This document shows positions 27,867 to 37,031 of a DNA stretch of 64,000 nucleotides, one piece after another. A program made the position numbers and the translations under genes. Below the pieces are notes generated by a model, which saw nothing but the letters and a program-made list of their open reading frames with translations, searched no databases and was not told the DNA's origin. How positions within the stretch are numbered: the stretch's first letter is position 1; every line of letters begins with the position of its first letter. Source of the stretch: Gemmatimonadota bacterium (GTDB taxonomy: Bacteria; Gemmatimonadota; Gemmatimonadetes; Gemmatimonadales; GWC2-71-9); assembly GCA_039586365.1 (NCBI GenBank), contig JBDHKN010000028.1, forward strand, positions 1-64,000, given 5' to 3'.

Positions 27867-29171
27867 ATGTCGACGCTCAAGAAAACCCTGCTGAAGAAGA
27901 TCGAGGAGCATCGTCCCCGCACAGCGCGGCTCCTCAAGGAGTTCGGCGACACCAAGGTCAGTGAGGTCACCATCGCCCAAGCGATCGGCGGAGCGCGCGG
28001 CGTGAAGTGTCTGGTGACCGACATCTCCTACCTGGATCCGTTTGAAGGTATCCGGTTCCGGGGCAGGACGATCCCCGAAACGTTCGCCGCGCTGCCCAAA
28101 GTACCGGGCTCCGACTACCCGTATGTGGAGGGCTTTTGGTACTATCTGCTGACGAGTGAGGTGCCGACGGAGGCCCAGACGCTCGAGGTGGTGGAAGATT
28201 TCAAGGCTCGGCGGACGGTCCCCAAGTATGTCAAGACCATGCTGGAGAACCTGCCCCGTAACAGCCATCCCATGACCATGTTTTCGGCTGCGATCCTGTC
28301 GATGCAGCGCGAGTCTGTCTTCGTCAAGCGATACAACGAAGGCATGAACAAAATGGAGTACTGGGATCCCATGTACGAGGATGCCAGCAATCTCCTCGCT
28401 AAGCTTCCTTCGATCGGTGCCTTCATCTATCGCTTGAAGTACAAGAAGAACCAACAAATCGCGCCAAGCAAGAAGCTCGATTGGGGAGGCAACTTCGCTC
28501 GACAGATGGGTATCGACTCCCCATACGACGACGTCGCTCGGATGTACTTCATCCTGCACTCGGATCACGAGTCGGGCAACGTCTCGGCCCACACAACCCA
28601 CCTCGTGGCATCGGCGCTATCCGATTGCTACTACGCGCTTTCAGCCGGCATCAACGGCCTGGCGGGTCCGCTCCACGGCCTGGCGAACCAAGAGGTGCTC
28701 AGCTGGACCATGGCGTTCCTCGAGAAACTGGGCAAGGAAGACTACACCGAGGAAGACGTGAAACAGGCGTTGTGGGACACGCTGAACTCCGGTCAAGTGG
28801 TTCCGGGCTATGGCCACGCCGTGCTGCGCAAGACCGACCCACGCTACACGGCACAGCGGGAGTTCTGTCTGGAACATCTGCCCGATTTCCCACTATTCAA
28901 ACTGATCAGCACGATCTACAAGGTGGCCCCGGGCGTGCTACAAGAGCATGGCAAAGCCAAGAACCCGTGGCCCAACGTCGATGCCCAGTCCGGTGTGATT
29001 CAATGGTACTACGGACTCACCGAGTGGGATTTCTACACGGTGTTGTTCGGGATCGGCCGCGCAATCGGCGTCTTGGCCAACATCGTGTGGGATCGGGCTC
29101 TGGGCTATCCGATTGAGCGTCCCAAGTCCGTGACCACGGCGATGCTGGAAGAGGCAGCTGGGGTCAAGTAG
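27867..29171 (+). CDS. gltA: Citrate (Si)-synthase, eukaryote-like type
   Basis: HSDHESGNVSAHT, GLAGPLHGLANQEV, VPGYGHAVLRKTDPR, KNPWPNVDAQSG, PIERPKS. Confidence 0.95.
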   Translation: MSTLKKTLLKKIEEHRPRTARLLKEFGDTKVSEVTIAQAIGGARGVKCLVTDISYLDPFEGIRFRGRTIPETFAALPKVPGSDYPYVEGFWYYLLTSEVPTEAQTLEVVEDFKARRTVPKYVKTMLENLPRNSHPMTMFSAAILSMQRESVFVKRYNEGMNKMEYWDPMYEDASNLLAKLPSIGAFIYRLKYKKNQQIAPSKKLDWGGNFARQMGIDSPYDDVARMYFILHSDHESGNVSAHTTHLVASALSDCYYALSAGINGLAGPLHGLANQEVLSWTMAFLEKLGKEDYTEEDVKQALWDTLNSGQVVPGYGHAVLRKTDPRYTAQREFCLEHLPDFPLFKLISTIYKVAPGVLQEHGKAKNPWPNVDAQSGVIQWYYGLTEWDFYTVLFGIGRAIGVLANIVWDRALGYPIERPKSVTTAMLEEAAGVK

Positions 29172-29213
29172 CATCCACGGTCCAGCAGCCACCGTCAGTT
29201 GTAACTGCGGTTC

Positions 29214-29242
29214 CGGGGGATCCAACAGGATCCCCCGTTTTT
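29214..29242 (+). terminator. Rho-independent terminator
   Basis: CGGGGGATCC-aaca-GGATCCCCCG followed by TTTTT. Confidence 0.85.
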
Positions 29243-29276
29243 CCCTCGCCACGGACCGTGCTAACTTGATCCCATC

Positions 29277-30254
29277 ATGCGTGCAGTTGTGATTACGCGG
29301 CCGGGAGATCCCGAGGTGCTTGCGCTCGAGCAAGTTGCCGATCCCGAGCCGGGACCGGGACAGGTGCGGGTCCGCGTGGCGGCCTTCGGCCTCAATCGCG
29401 CCGACCTGTTGCAGCGACGCGGGATGTATCCGGCGCCACCTGGCTGGCCCCAGGACATTCCCGGTCTGGAATACTCCGGTGAGGTGGCAGGGCTGGGGCC
29501 TCGAGTCACCGGAGTCGCGGTGGGGGACCGGGTGATGGGGATTGTGGGTGGCGGTTCATATGCCGAGTACGTGCTGACTCCTGCCGTGCACGCGATGCCG
29601 GTTCCCTGCGGTATGTCCCTGGTCGATGCCGCGGCCATCCCGGAGGTGTTTGTCACGGCACACGATGCCTTGGAGCGGCTCGGGGTAGCACCGGATGAGT
29701 GGGTGCTGGTCCATGCCGTGGGGAGCGGTGTCGGTACCGCCGCAGTACAGCTGATCGCTGCCCGGCGCGCGCGGTGCATCGGGACCAGCAGAACGGCCGC
29801 CAAACTCGCACGCGCGGCGGAGCTCGGGATGCAAGTTGGCGTCGATCTCGCCAGTGAGGATCTGCCCGCAGCAGTGCGGCGCCATACTGGGGAGGGCGCG
29901 CACGCGGCGCTCGATTTGGTGGGTGGCAAGCTGTTCTCCGCCACCCTCGAGGCGCTGAGATCCCGTGGCCGCCTGATCTTGGTGGGTCTCACCGGCGGCC
30001 GGCAGGTGCATCTGGACCTGAGCGTCATCCTGCGCAAGCGCCTACGGGTCGAGGGGACGGTGCTGCGGGCACGGAGTGTGGAGGAAAAGGAGCAGGTGTG
30101 CAAGTCGTTTACGCGGTCGATAGTGCCCCTGTTTGAGTCCCAGCGGCTGCGAGTAGTGATTGATCGGGTATTCCCGTTGGAGCAAGTCAGAGAGGCCCAC
30201 AGGTACTTAGAATCAAATGTGAATTTCGGCAAAGTTGTGGTGCAGGTTGCCTGA
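29277..30254 (+). CDS. NAD(P)H-quinone oxidoreductase (PIG3-like, MDR family)
   Basis: LNRADLLQRRG.YP, PGLEYSG, GGGSYAEY, IPEVFVTA, GSGVGTAA, NFGKVV. Confidence 0.92.
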   Translation: MRAVVITRPGDPEVLALEQVADPEPGPGQVRVRVAAFGLNRADLLQRRGMYPAPPGWPQDIPGLEYSGEVAGLGPRVTGVAVGDRVMGIVGGGSYAEYVLTPAVHAMPVPCGMSLVDAAAIPEVFVTAHDALERLGVAPDEWVLVHAVGSGVGTAAVQLIAARRARCIGTSRTAAKLARAAELGMQVGVDLASEDLPAAVRRHTGEGAHAALDLVGGKLFSATLEALRSRGRLILVGLTGGRQVHLDLSVILRKRLRVEGTVLRARSVEEKEQVCKSFTRSIVPLFESQRLRVVIDRVFPLEQVREAHRYLESNVNFGKVVVQVA

Positions 30255-30261
30255 CTTGGGT

Positions 30262-31257
30262 ATGCGGGGACTTTGGCCTGCGGTTGCTGCGCTTGCAATA
30301 GCCCTGGCTTGTGCGCAACCGCATCCCGGTTCACCGCAGCCTCCCGCAGCCGACGAGGGAGACCACCAGACCTCGGACCTGCGAGTCGACGCAGGCGACA
30401 CCGTTGCCGTCTTGGTCGGTGCCGGCGATGTGGGTCACTGCGGCTCGGGCGCTGCGGCGCTGACTGCGCACCTGATCGACAGCTTGATCGAGGATACTGC
30501 AGTCCCATTGCAGGTGTTTCTGCCAGGCGATGTGGCTTATCCGATGGGCAGAACCCGGGATTTGATCCGCTGTTACGATCCCACTTGGGGCCGCTTCAAG
30601 AGCATTACTCGGCCGGTCCCAGGCAACCACGAGTATAAGAACGGCTTCCTCTGGTTCCTCTTGGGTGGGCACGCCAATCCCTATTTCGCCTACTTCGATG
30701 CATTTCCCGGTCAGGCCGGTGACCTCGGTGACGGCTGGTACCACTACGTGCACGGTGGTTGGGATGTATACGCCCTGAATAGCGCAAAGGGCGGGAGGAT
30801 CAGCCAGTCGTCGCGGCAGTGGAGCTGGCTGGCCGCACAACTCGCGGCCGACTCTGCCCGGTGTGCCGTGGCCTACGTACACCATCCACGGTTCGGCGCC
30901 GGCAAACACGGCGACAACGAGCGCATGCGAGACGCTTGGGATCTCCTGACGCAATATGGCGTCGACATTATGATTACCGGTCACGAACACAGCTATCAGC
31001 GGTATCGGCCCCAGACGAGCGGTGGCCAGCCCGACCCCACGGGTATCCGCCAGTATATCGTCGGCACTGGCGGGGCCTACCTCCACGACCAGTCTCAGCC
31101 GACGAAGGGCCAGCTGGATCGTTGGACCAACGAACACCACGGAGTGCTGAAGCTGACCCTGCGCGCCAACGGTTACGACTGGGAATTCATCGTTGCCGAC
31201 GGCACAGTGTGGGATCGGGGCAGCAGTCTGTGCCAAAATTCACGATTTGGCTCCTAG
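30262..31257 (+). CDS. Metallophosphoesterase (calcineurin-like), probable lipoprotein
   Basis: LALAC lipobox-like motif, GAGD, GDVAY, PGNHEY, HHP, GHEHSYQR, VGTGG. Confidence 0.88.
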   Translation: MRGLWPAVAALAIALACAQPHPGSPQPPAADEGDHQTSDLRVDAGDTVAVLVGAGDVGHCGSGAAALTAHLIDSLIEDTAVPLQVFLPGDVAYPMGRTRDLIRCYDPTWGRFKSITRPVPGNHEYKNGFLWFLLGGHANPYFAYFDAFPGQAGDLGDGWYHYVHGGWDVYALNSAKGGRISQSSRQWSWLAAQLAADSARCAVAYVHHPRFGAGKHGDNERMRDAWDLLTQYGVDIMITGHEHSYQRYRPQTSGGQPDPTGIRQYIVGTGGAYLHDQSQPTKGQLDRWTNEHHGVLKLTLRANGYDWEFIVADGTVWDRGSSLCQNSRFGS

Positions 31258-31351
31258 CTCCGAATTCAGGACTGCAAAGCCTTCACAATTTGTTGTAGTT
31301 TCTTACGCGGTTGTTGCTACTTGAGGTAGTGAGCTTGGAGGTAATGCGGCG

Positions 31352-32710
31352 ATGAGTCAGTCGCTTGTCTTTTATTCGAACGTACTCGAGATCGTCGGTG
31401 ACATCATCAAGGTCTCGGTGCAAGAATCCAGTGCAGGGAAGGGACCTGTGGCGCGGCTGGGCGATCTCGCCATGGTAGAAAGCGAATCGGGTCACCAATC
31501 GCTGTCCCAGGTCATCCAGGTCGACCGCAACCAGGTGTCGTTGCAGGTGTTCTCCGGCACCAAAGGTCTCTCCACGAGGGCCATCACCCGGTTCCTGGGC
31601 CATCCCATGCAGGTCATTTACTCGGAGAACATCCTGGGCCGCGTGTTCCGCGGCACCGGTGAGCCGATCGACGGCGGTCCCGATCTCTCGTTGGATACGC
31701 GGGTGGAGATCGACGGCCCCACGGTCAATCCGATGCGTCGCGTGCTGGCGTCGAAGATGGTCCGGACCGACGTGCCGATGATCGATGTGTTCAATTGCCT
31801 GGTGGAGAGTCAGAAGATCCCGATCTTCTCGGTCGCCGGTGAACCATATAATCCCTTCCTCGCTCGAGTGGGCATCCAGGCGGACGCTGATATCGTGGTG
31901 TTCGGCGGTCTCGGTCTCGTATTCGACGATTTTCACTTCTTCCGTACGACGTTTGAGAACGCCGGCGTATTCCCGCGCACGGTGATGTTCGTAAACCAGG
32001 CCTCGGATCCTATCGTTGAGCGCGTGTTGGTGCCGGACATGGCCCTGGCCGTTGCGGAGCGGTTCGCAGTGGATGAAGGCAAACGTGTCTTGGTGCTGCT
32101 TACCGACATGACCGCCTACGCCGACGCTCTCAAAGAGATAGGAATCTCGATGGAGCAGGTTCCCTCCAACCGCGGTTACATGGGCGATCTCTACTCGCGA
32201 CTGGCGCGACGCTACGAAAAGGCATGCGACTTCAGGGGAGCCGGTTCCGTCACCCTTTTGACAGTCACCACCATGCCGGGCAACGACGTGACACATCCGG
32301 TGCCTGACAATACCGGTTACATCACTGAGGGACAGTACTACATGCATGACGGGGTGCTGGATCCGTTTGGATCGCTGTCACGCCTCAAGCAGCACGTGAT
32401 CGGCAAGGTGACTCGGGAAGACCACTCGCAGATCATGAACGCTATGATCCGCTTCTATTCCGGGGCTCGTGACGCCGAGCAGAAGCAGGCGATGGCATTT
32501 GAGCTTTCGCCCCTCGACCACAAGCTGCTCAAGTTCGGGCAGTTGTTCCGCGAGCGCTTCATGAAGATCGAAGTGGCACAACCGCTGGAAGAAGCTCTCG
32601 ACCTCTGCTGGCGGACGCTCTCCGAGTGTTTCGAGCCACACGAGTTGCTGATGAAGCAGTCCCTGGTCGAGAAGTACTTCCCGAGTCGGTCGGGCACCGC
32701 ACAGAACTGA
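31352..32710 (+). CDS. atpB: V/A-type ATP synthase subunit B
   Basis: SQKIPIFS, LTDMTAYADALKEI, PSNRGYMGDLYS, THPVPDNTGYITEGQ, SLSRLK. Confidence 0.95.
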   Translation: MSQSLVFYSNVLEIVGDIIKVSVQESSAGKGPVARLGDLAMVESESGHQSLSQVIQVDRNQVSLQVFSGTKGLSTRAITRFLGHPMQVIYSENILGRVFRGTGEPIDGGPDLSLDTRVEIDGPTVNPMRRVLASKMVRTDVPMIDVFNCLVESQKIPIFSVAGEPYNPFLARVGIQADADIVVFGGLGLVFDDFHFFRTTFENAGVFPRTVMFVNQASDPIVERVLVPDMALAVAERFAVDEGKRVLVLLTDMTAYADALKEIGISMEQVPSNRGYMGDLYSRLARRYEKACDFRGAGSVTLLTVTTMPGNDVTHPVPDNTGYITEGQYYMHDGVLDPFGSLSRLKQHVIGKVTREDHSQIMNAMIRFYSGARDAEQKQAMAFELSPLDHKLLKFGQLFRERFMKIEVAQPLEEALDLCWRTLSECFEPHELLMKQSLVEKYFPSRSGTAQN

Positions 32711-32717
32711 GTGGCAG

Positions 32718-33323
32718 ATGGCACGCCTGGCCCTCAATAAAACAACCCTGAGCAGGCTGTCTCAGCAGCTCAAGATCTTCGAGCGCTTTCTCCCGTCGCT
32801 CGATCTCAAGCGGAAACAACTGTTGGCCGAACGGGCCAAGGCGGCCGCGGCGCTGCGCCGCACCGAGGCGGAACTCGAGCCCATCGACAGCCTGGTCGCC
32901 GAGAAGTTTCCCATGGCCTCCCGGGAAGACGTAGATCTCACGGGGCTAATGAGCGTGAAGAGCGTGATTCTCGCTCAGGAGAACGTGGTCGGAGTCAAGA
33001 TACCTGTCCTGCAGTCGCTCGAGATTGAGGCCCGTGAATTCGGGTTCCTGGGACGTCCGCACTGGGTCGACCGGTTCGCCCGGCTCCTGCGGCAGACCAT
33101 CGAGTTGCAGATTCGGGTACAGGTCGAACGGCGCCGCTTGGAGCTGTTGGAGGTTGGTGTCAGGAAGATCACTCAACGGGTCAATCTGTTCGAGAAGGTG
33201 CTCATCCCGCGGTCGCGAGAGCACATACGGCGCATCCGCATCTACTTGTCAGATAACGAGCGAGCCGGGGTAGTGCAGGCCAAGATCTCCAAGAAGAAAC
33301 GGATCGCAGAGGGCGCAATATGA
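32718..33323 (+). CDS. atpD: V/A-type ATP synthase subunit D
   Basis: LPSLDLKRKQL, TQRVNLFEKVLIP. Confidence 0.93.
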   Translation: MARLALNKTTLSRLSQQLKIFERFLPSLDLKRKQLLAERAKAAAALRRTEAELEPIDSLVAEKFPMASREDVDLTGLMSVKSVILAQENVVGVKIPVLQSLEIEAREFGFLGRPHWVDRFARLLRQTIELQIRVQVERRRLELLEVGVRKITQRVNLFEKVLIPRSREHIRRIRIYLSDNERAGVVQAKISKKKRIAEGAI

Positions 33324-35122
33324 GCATCTTACAGCTGAAGCGGCTCACGCTGTACGGCATGACGGACCAGAAGGATGTCGTGCTTGGTGGATTGCAGGAG
33401 CTGGGGTGCCTGCATCTGGTCAATCTGCAGCCGTCCACCGAGAGACGGAGGGAGATGCCTTCGGCACAACCGAAGGACACGTATGATGCTCTGCGCTACC
33501 TGGAAAACAGCCCGATAAGACGCCGGCCGGCATCTGAGGACGAGGACTACGATCTCGATGCGATCGTGGAGAAGGCCCTGTTCAACCGCCAGCGGCGCCG
33601 CGCGGTGCACGACCGACTCGACGAGTTGCGACAGCAGATCAGGGAGGTCGAGCCGTGGGGGGATTTCCAGCTGCCCGAGCCTGCCGAGTTGGGCGGCCTG
33701 CAGTTGCTCTTCTACGTGGTTCCGTTGCACAAGATGGGGCAGGTGCGAGAGAGCGATCTCACTTGGCAGGTCGTGACTGAAGACCATCGCAACGCCTACG
33801 TCGTCGTCGTCTCCGACACGCGGCCTGCGGCTGAGGCGATGCCCGCTCCGCCGGTCGATATCGGCCGGCTCTCACTGTCACAACTGCGGTGGCAAGAGGA
33901 GCTGGCGGAGGCTGAGGCGGAGGAACTGTTGGCGGAGCGGTGGACGCTGACGCGGTGGCTGGGCCTGTTGCGGAGAGACATGGCCCGGGCCGAGAACCGC
34001 GCCGCTCTGGAGTTCGCGGCGACACAGACCTACGACTCTACCGAAGTCTTCGCCATTCAGGGCTGGGTACCGGTCAAGCTGACTGACGCGCTGGCTCAGT
34101 TCGCTGGTGAGCATGGCTTGGCCTATACACTGGAGGAGCCGGGTCCATCCGACACTCCACCCGTGCTACTCGAGAACCCCTCTAAACTGGCTGCCGGAGA
34201 AGATCTGGTCGCTTTCTTCCAGCTACCCGGGTATCGCGATTGGGACCCGTCGATAGTGGTCTTCGTATCGTTCGCGCTGTTCTTTGCCATGATCCTCTCC
34301 GATGCCGGATATGCAGCCGTTCTGGGGCTGGCCTTGGCATTCCTGTGGAAGCGGATGGGCAGAAGCACTGCGGGCAAGAGACTGCAGAGCCTAGCGGCAG
34401 CGATTGTCGCTATGTCGGTAACGTATGGAGTGTTGGTGGGGAGCTATTTCGGGCTGGCACCGTCAGCGGGTTCGTTGCTTGGCGGGCTCAAGGTCCTCGA
34501 GATAAACGATTTCGACAGCATGATGAAGTTGTCTGTAGTAGTAGGGGGAGTACACGTCGCATTGGCGAACCTCATGGTAGCCTTCAACCGGCGCAAGTCG
34601 TGGTCGGCTCTCGCGCCGCTGGGCTGGATGCTTCTCGTAGCGGGGTTCCTCGGTCTTGTGTTGCGAGGCGCCGACAATGCGTTCAACACGGTGTTCCCAT
34701 GGGCAATGGGGGTCGGCCTCGTGTTGATCCTGTTCTTCAGTAGCCAGCGGTCGGTCGCGGGTGTGGGGGATTTCCTGTGGCGTCTGGTGGACGGTCTCAT
34801 GGCCGTTACCGGAGTGTCCAGTTGGTTCGGGGATATTCTCAGCTACTTGCGTCTCTTCGCATTGGGTCTGTCCAGTGCGGCGCTGGCTGTGACATTCAAT
34901 CAGTTGGCAGTTCAGTCCATGGATGTACCGGGAATTGGACTCCTGTTTGGATTGGCGATTCTGATCCTGGGGCATGTGCTCAACTTGATCCTCGCCATCA
35001 TCAGCGGAGTGGTGCACGGTCTGAGACTGAACCTAATCGAGTTCTACAATTGGGGGGTTTCCGGTGAGGGCGACACGTTCCGCGCCTTCCGGAAGAAGGA
35101 GACGTTATCGTGGACTCAGTGA
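33320..35122 (+). CDS. atpI: V/A-type ATP synthase subunit I (a)
   Basis: GWVP, PPVLLEN, LPGY..WDPS, SDAGY, DILSYLRLFALGL, VHGLRLNLIEF. Confidence 0.93.
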   Translation: MSILQLKRLTLYGMTDQKDVVLGGLQELGCLHLVNLQPSTERRREMPSAQPKDTYDALRYLENSPIRRRPASEDEDYDLDAIVEKALFNRQRRRAVHDRLDELRQQIREVEPWGDFQLPEPAELGGLQLLFYVVPLHKMGQVRESDLTWQVVTEDHRNAYVVVVSDTRPAAEAMPAPPVDIGRLSLSQLRWQEELAEAEAEELLAERWTLTRWLGLLRRDMARAENRAALEFAATQTYDSTEVFAIQGWVPVKLTDALAQFAGEHGLAYTLEEPGPSDTPPVLLENPSKLAAGEDLVAFFQLPGYRDWDPSIVVFVSFALFFAMILSDAGYAAVLGLALAFLWKRMGRSTAGKRLQSLAAAIVAMSVTYGVLVGSYFGLAPSAGSLLGGLKVLEINDFDSMMKLSVVVGGVHVALANLMVAFNRRKSWSALAPLGWMLLVAGFLGLVLRGADNAFNTVFPWAMGVGLVLILFFSSQRSVAGVGDFLWRLVDGLMAVTGVSSWFGDILSYLRLFALGLSSAALAVTFNQLAVQSMDVPGIGLLFGLAILILGHVLNLILAIISGVVHGLRLNLIEFYNWGVSGEGDTFRAFRKKETLSWTQ

Positions 35123-35556
35123 TGGAGCTATTGGGTTGGGCGGGGATATTCAGTCCTCTCGCCCTTGGAGCTGTCGGTAGCATAGTGGGCTGCATGATCG
35201 CGGGGCAAGCGGCGTGTGGCGCCCTACTCGAGGTGGAGAGAGGTTATGGACGTTACATAGGCCTCACCGCTCTACCGTCATCTCAGACGATCTACGGGAT
35301 CGTGGTGATGTTTGCGTTGAACCGTACCGTAACGCCGGAGAATGCGGCAGGTCTCGCTGCTATCGGCATTCTCACGGGCGTTGGTCTCTTGGCGTCGGCG
35401 AGCAACCAAGGCAAAGCCCTGGCTTCAGCCATAAGCGCGTCCAAGGCAAAGCCTGAGGTCTTTGGACTATCGATAGCGCCCGCAGCGATTGTTGAAGGTT
35501 TCGCGGTGTTCGTGTTCGTGTTCGCATTGGTGCTGGCCGGAGGCTTGGCAGGGTAA
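35122..35556 (+). CDS. atpK: V/A-type ATP synthase subunit K (c), four-TM proteolipid
   Basis: GSIVG, LPSSQTIYG, NQG, AIVEGFAVF. Alternative GTG start at 35110. Confidence 0.92.
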   Translation: MELLGWAGIFSPLALGAVGSIVGCMIAGQAACGALLEVERGYGRYIGLTALPSSQTIYGIVVMFALNRTVTPENAAGLAAIGILTGVGLLASASNQGKALASAISASKAKPEVFGLSIAPAAIVEGFAVFVFVFALVLAGGLAG

Positions 35557-35570
35557 CTGCGGGGGCAAAA

Positions 35571-36281
35571 ATGGAAGAAACAAAGAGTCCGGCTGAAGTC
35601 TCGCAAGAGACTGGGGCTACATCGTCGGGCGTCGAGGCCTTGATCGAGCGCCTGCGACAGCAAGGTGTGGAAGCTGGCCTGGCGGCGAGGGAGGAGATCG
35701 TTAGTGAAGCCGAACGTGAGGCTGAGAGGGTCGTCAAGGAAGCTCGCGAGAAGGCGTCAGCCATAGTAGATGAAGCCCGCCAGGAAGTCCGGCGGCTACA
35801 GTCTTCCGGCGAGGATGCACTGCGGATTGCCATGCGGGACACAGTCCTGCGCATGCGGGAGACTTTGCGAAAGCGCCTCGAGGGCCAGTTCAGGAGCCTC
35901 GTTTCCGAACAGCTCGTAGACCAGGAGTTCCTGCACCGGTTGATCGTCGAAGTGGCTCGCCGGGCACGCGATGACTCTGGGGCAGCTGAAGCGGAGGAAA
36001 TCGAGATCCTGTTGCCGGTGGAAGCAATCGGTCTGGATGAGCTGCGGCAGCAGCCGGAGGAATCCGACGTCAGGTTGAGTAAGCTTGCCAAGGAGATAGC
36101 GAGCGCGACATGGCGGGACGGTGTGTCCATCGACACTCTCGAGCCCGGCGGTCGTGGCATCCGGCTGCGCCTCAAGGACGAAGAACTGGAACTCGATCTG
36201 AGCGATCGCGCTATTGCGGATCTGTTGCTAGAGCACCTGCAACCTCGCTTCAGGATCATCATGGAAGACCTCACGTGGTGA
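35571..36281 (+). CDS. atpE: V/A-type ATP synthase subunit E
   Basis: LIERLRQQGVE, EA..EA coiled coil, LDLSD...LQPRF; operon position. Confidence 0.8.
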   Translation: MEETKSPAEVSQETGATSSGVEALIERLRQQGVEAGLAAREEIVSEAEREAERVVKEAREKASAIVDEARQEVRRLQSSGEDALRIAMRDTVLRMRETLRKRLEGQFRSLVSEQLVDQEFLHRLIVEVARRARDDSGAAEAEEIEILLPVEAIGLDELRQQPEESDVRLSKLAKEIASATWRDGVSIDTLEPGGRGIRLRLKDEELELDLSDRAIADLLLEHLQPRFRIIMEDLTW

Positions 36282-36296
36282 GGCTGTAACAGCACG

Positions 36297-37022
36297 ATGG
36301 CCCGATCGCCGCGGTACTACATGCTCATGGCGAGTCTGCCGCCGCTGCCATACCTCTACACCAGCGCCCAGACGCCCATCTCGCGGATTCGGCTCGAACG
36401 ACGGCTCGACATGCTGGAGCCGGAAGACCACGCTGAGCTGTATGATATCGAGGACCTGATGCGGTGGGACCGCCTGCCCCTCGACATCACCGATGTTGAG
36501 GTGATTGAGAGTGCCAACGAGCTGATCCCACGAATTCGCAGCGCAACCCTCAGAGAACTCGCAACGTGGCGGTTGGAGGTGAGGACCATTGTCGCTGGCC
36601 TGAGACGGCGCGCCATGGGCAAGGCACCACCGTCACCCGGTGAACGATGGGGTTACGGACGGTGGGTACGACACATGGAGCAGAGATGGTCGGCGTCAGA
36701 CTTCGGCTTGGGTGGCATCATGCCCTGGGTAACGGAGTTCAGCCGGCTGATCGATGAGGGAGACACGTTCGCGTTTGAGCAGCAGTTGCTGGATCTGGTT
36801 TGGCGCTTCACTGGGCGTGTGGCAGATCGCCATTTCTTCAACTTCGAGGCGGTGGCTCTCTACGTACTGCGCTGGGACATCATTGCCCGGTGGGTCGCGT
36901 ACAGCGGTGAACACGCGAGGGAGCGATTTGGACGACTCGTTAATGAAGGGTTGGGAGAACACGCGGAATTGTTCGGTAGCTCGAAGTCGGGAGTGGACCG
37001 GAGATCGCAGTCGACAGTGTAG
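36297..37022 (+). CDS. DUF2764-like protein (probable subunit C equivalent)
   Basis: YYMLMASLPPL at the N-terminus, HFFNFEAVALYVLRW at the C-terminus; lies between E and A. Confidence 0.8.
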   Translation: MARSPRYYMLMASLPPLPYLYTSAQTPISRIRLERRLDMLEPEDHAELYDIEDLMRWDRLPLDITDVEVIESANELIPRIRSATLRELATWRLEVRTIVAGLRRRAMGKAPPSPGERWGYGRWVRHMEQRWSASDFGLGGIMPWVTEFSRLIDEGDTFAFEQQLLDLVWRFTGRVADRHFFNFEAVALYVLRWDIIARWVAYSGEHARERFGRLVNEGLGEHAELFGSSKSGVDRRSQSTV

Positions 37023-37031
37023 GAGTGTGAG

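Noticed and set aside
29261..30508. Long antisense and alternate-frame ORFs (also 16534..17703, 11583..12515, 31283..32347, 50950..51978)
   Set aside because: Shadow ORFs of well-supported genes, expected in GC-rich DNA.
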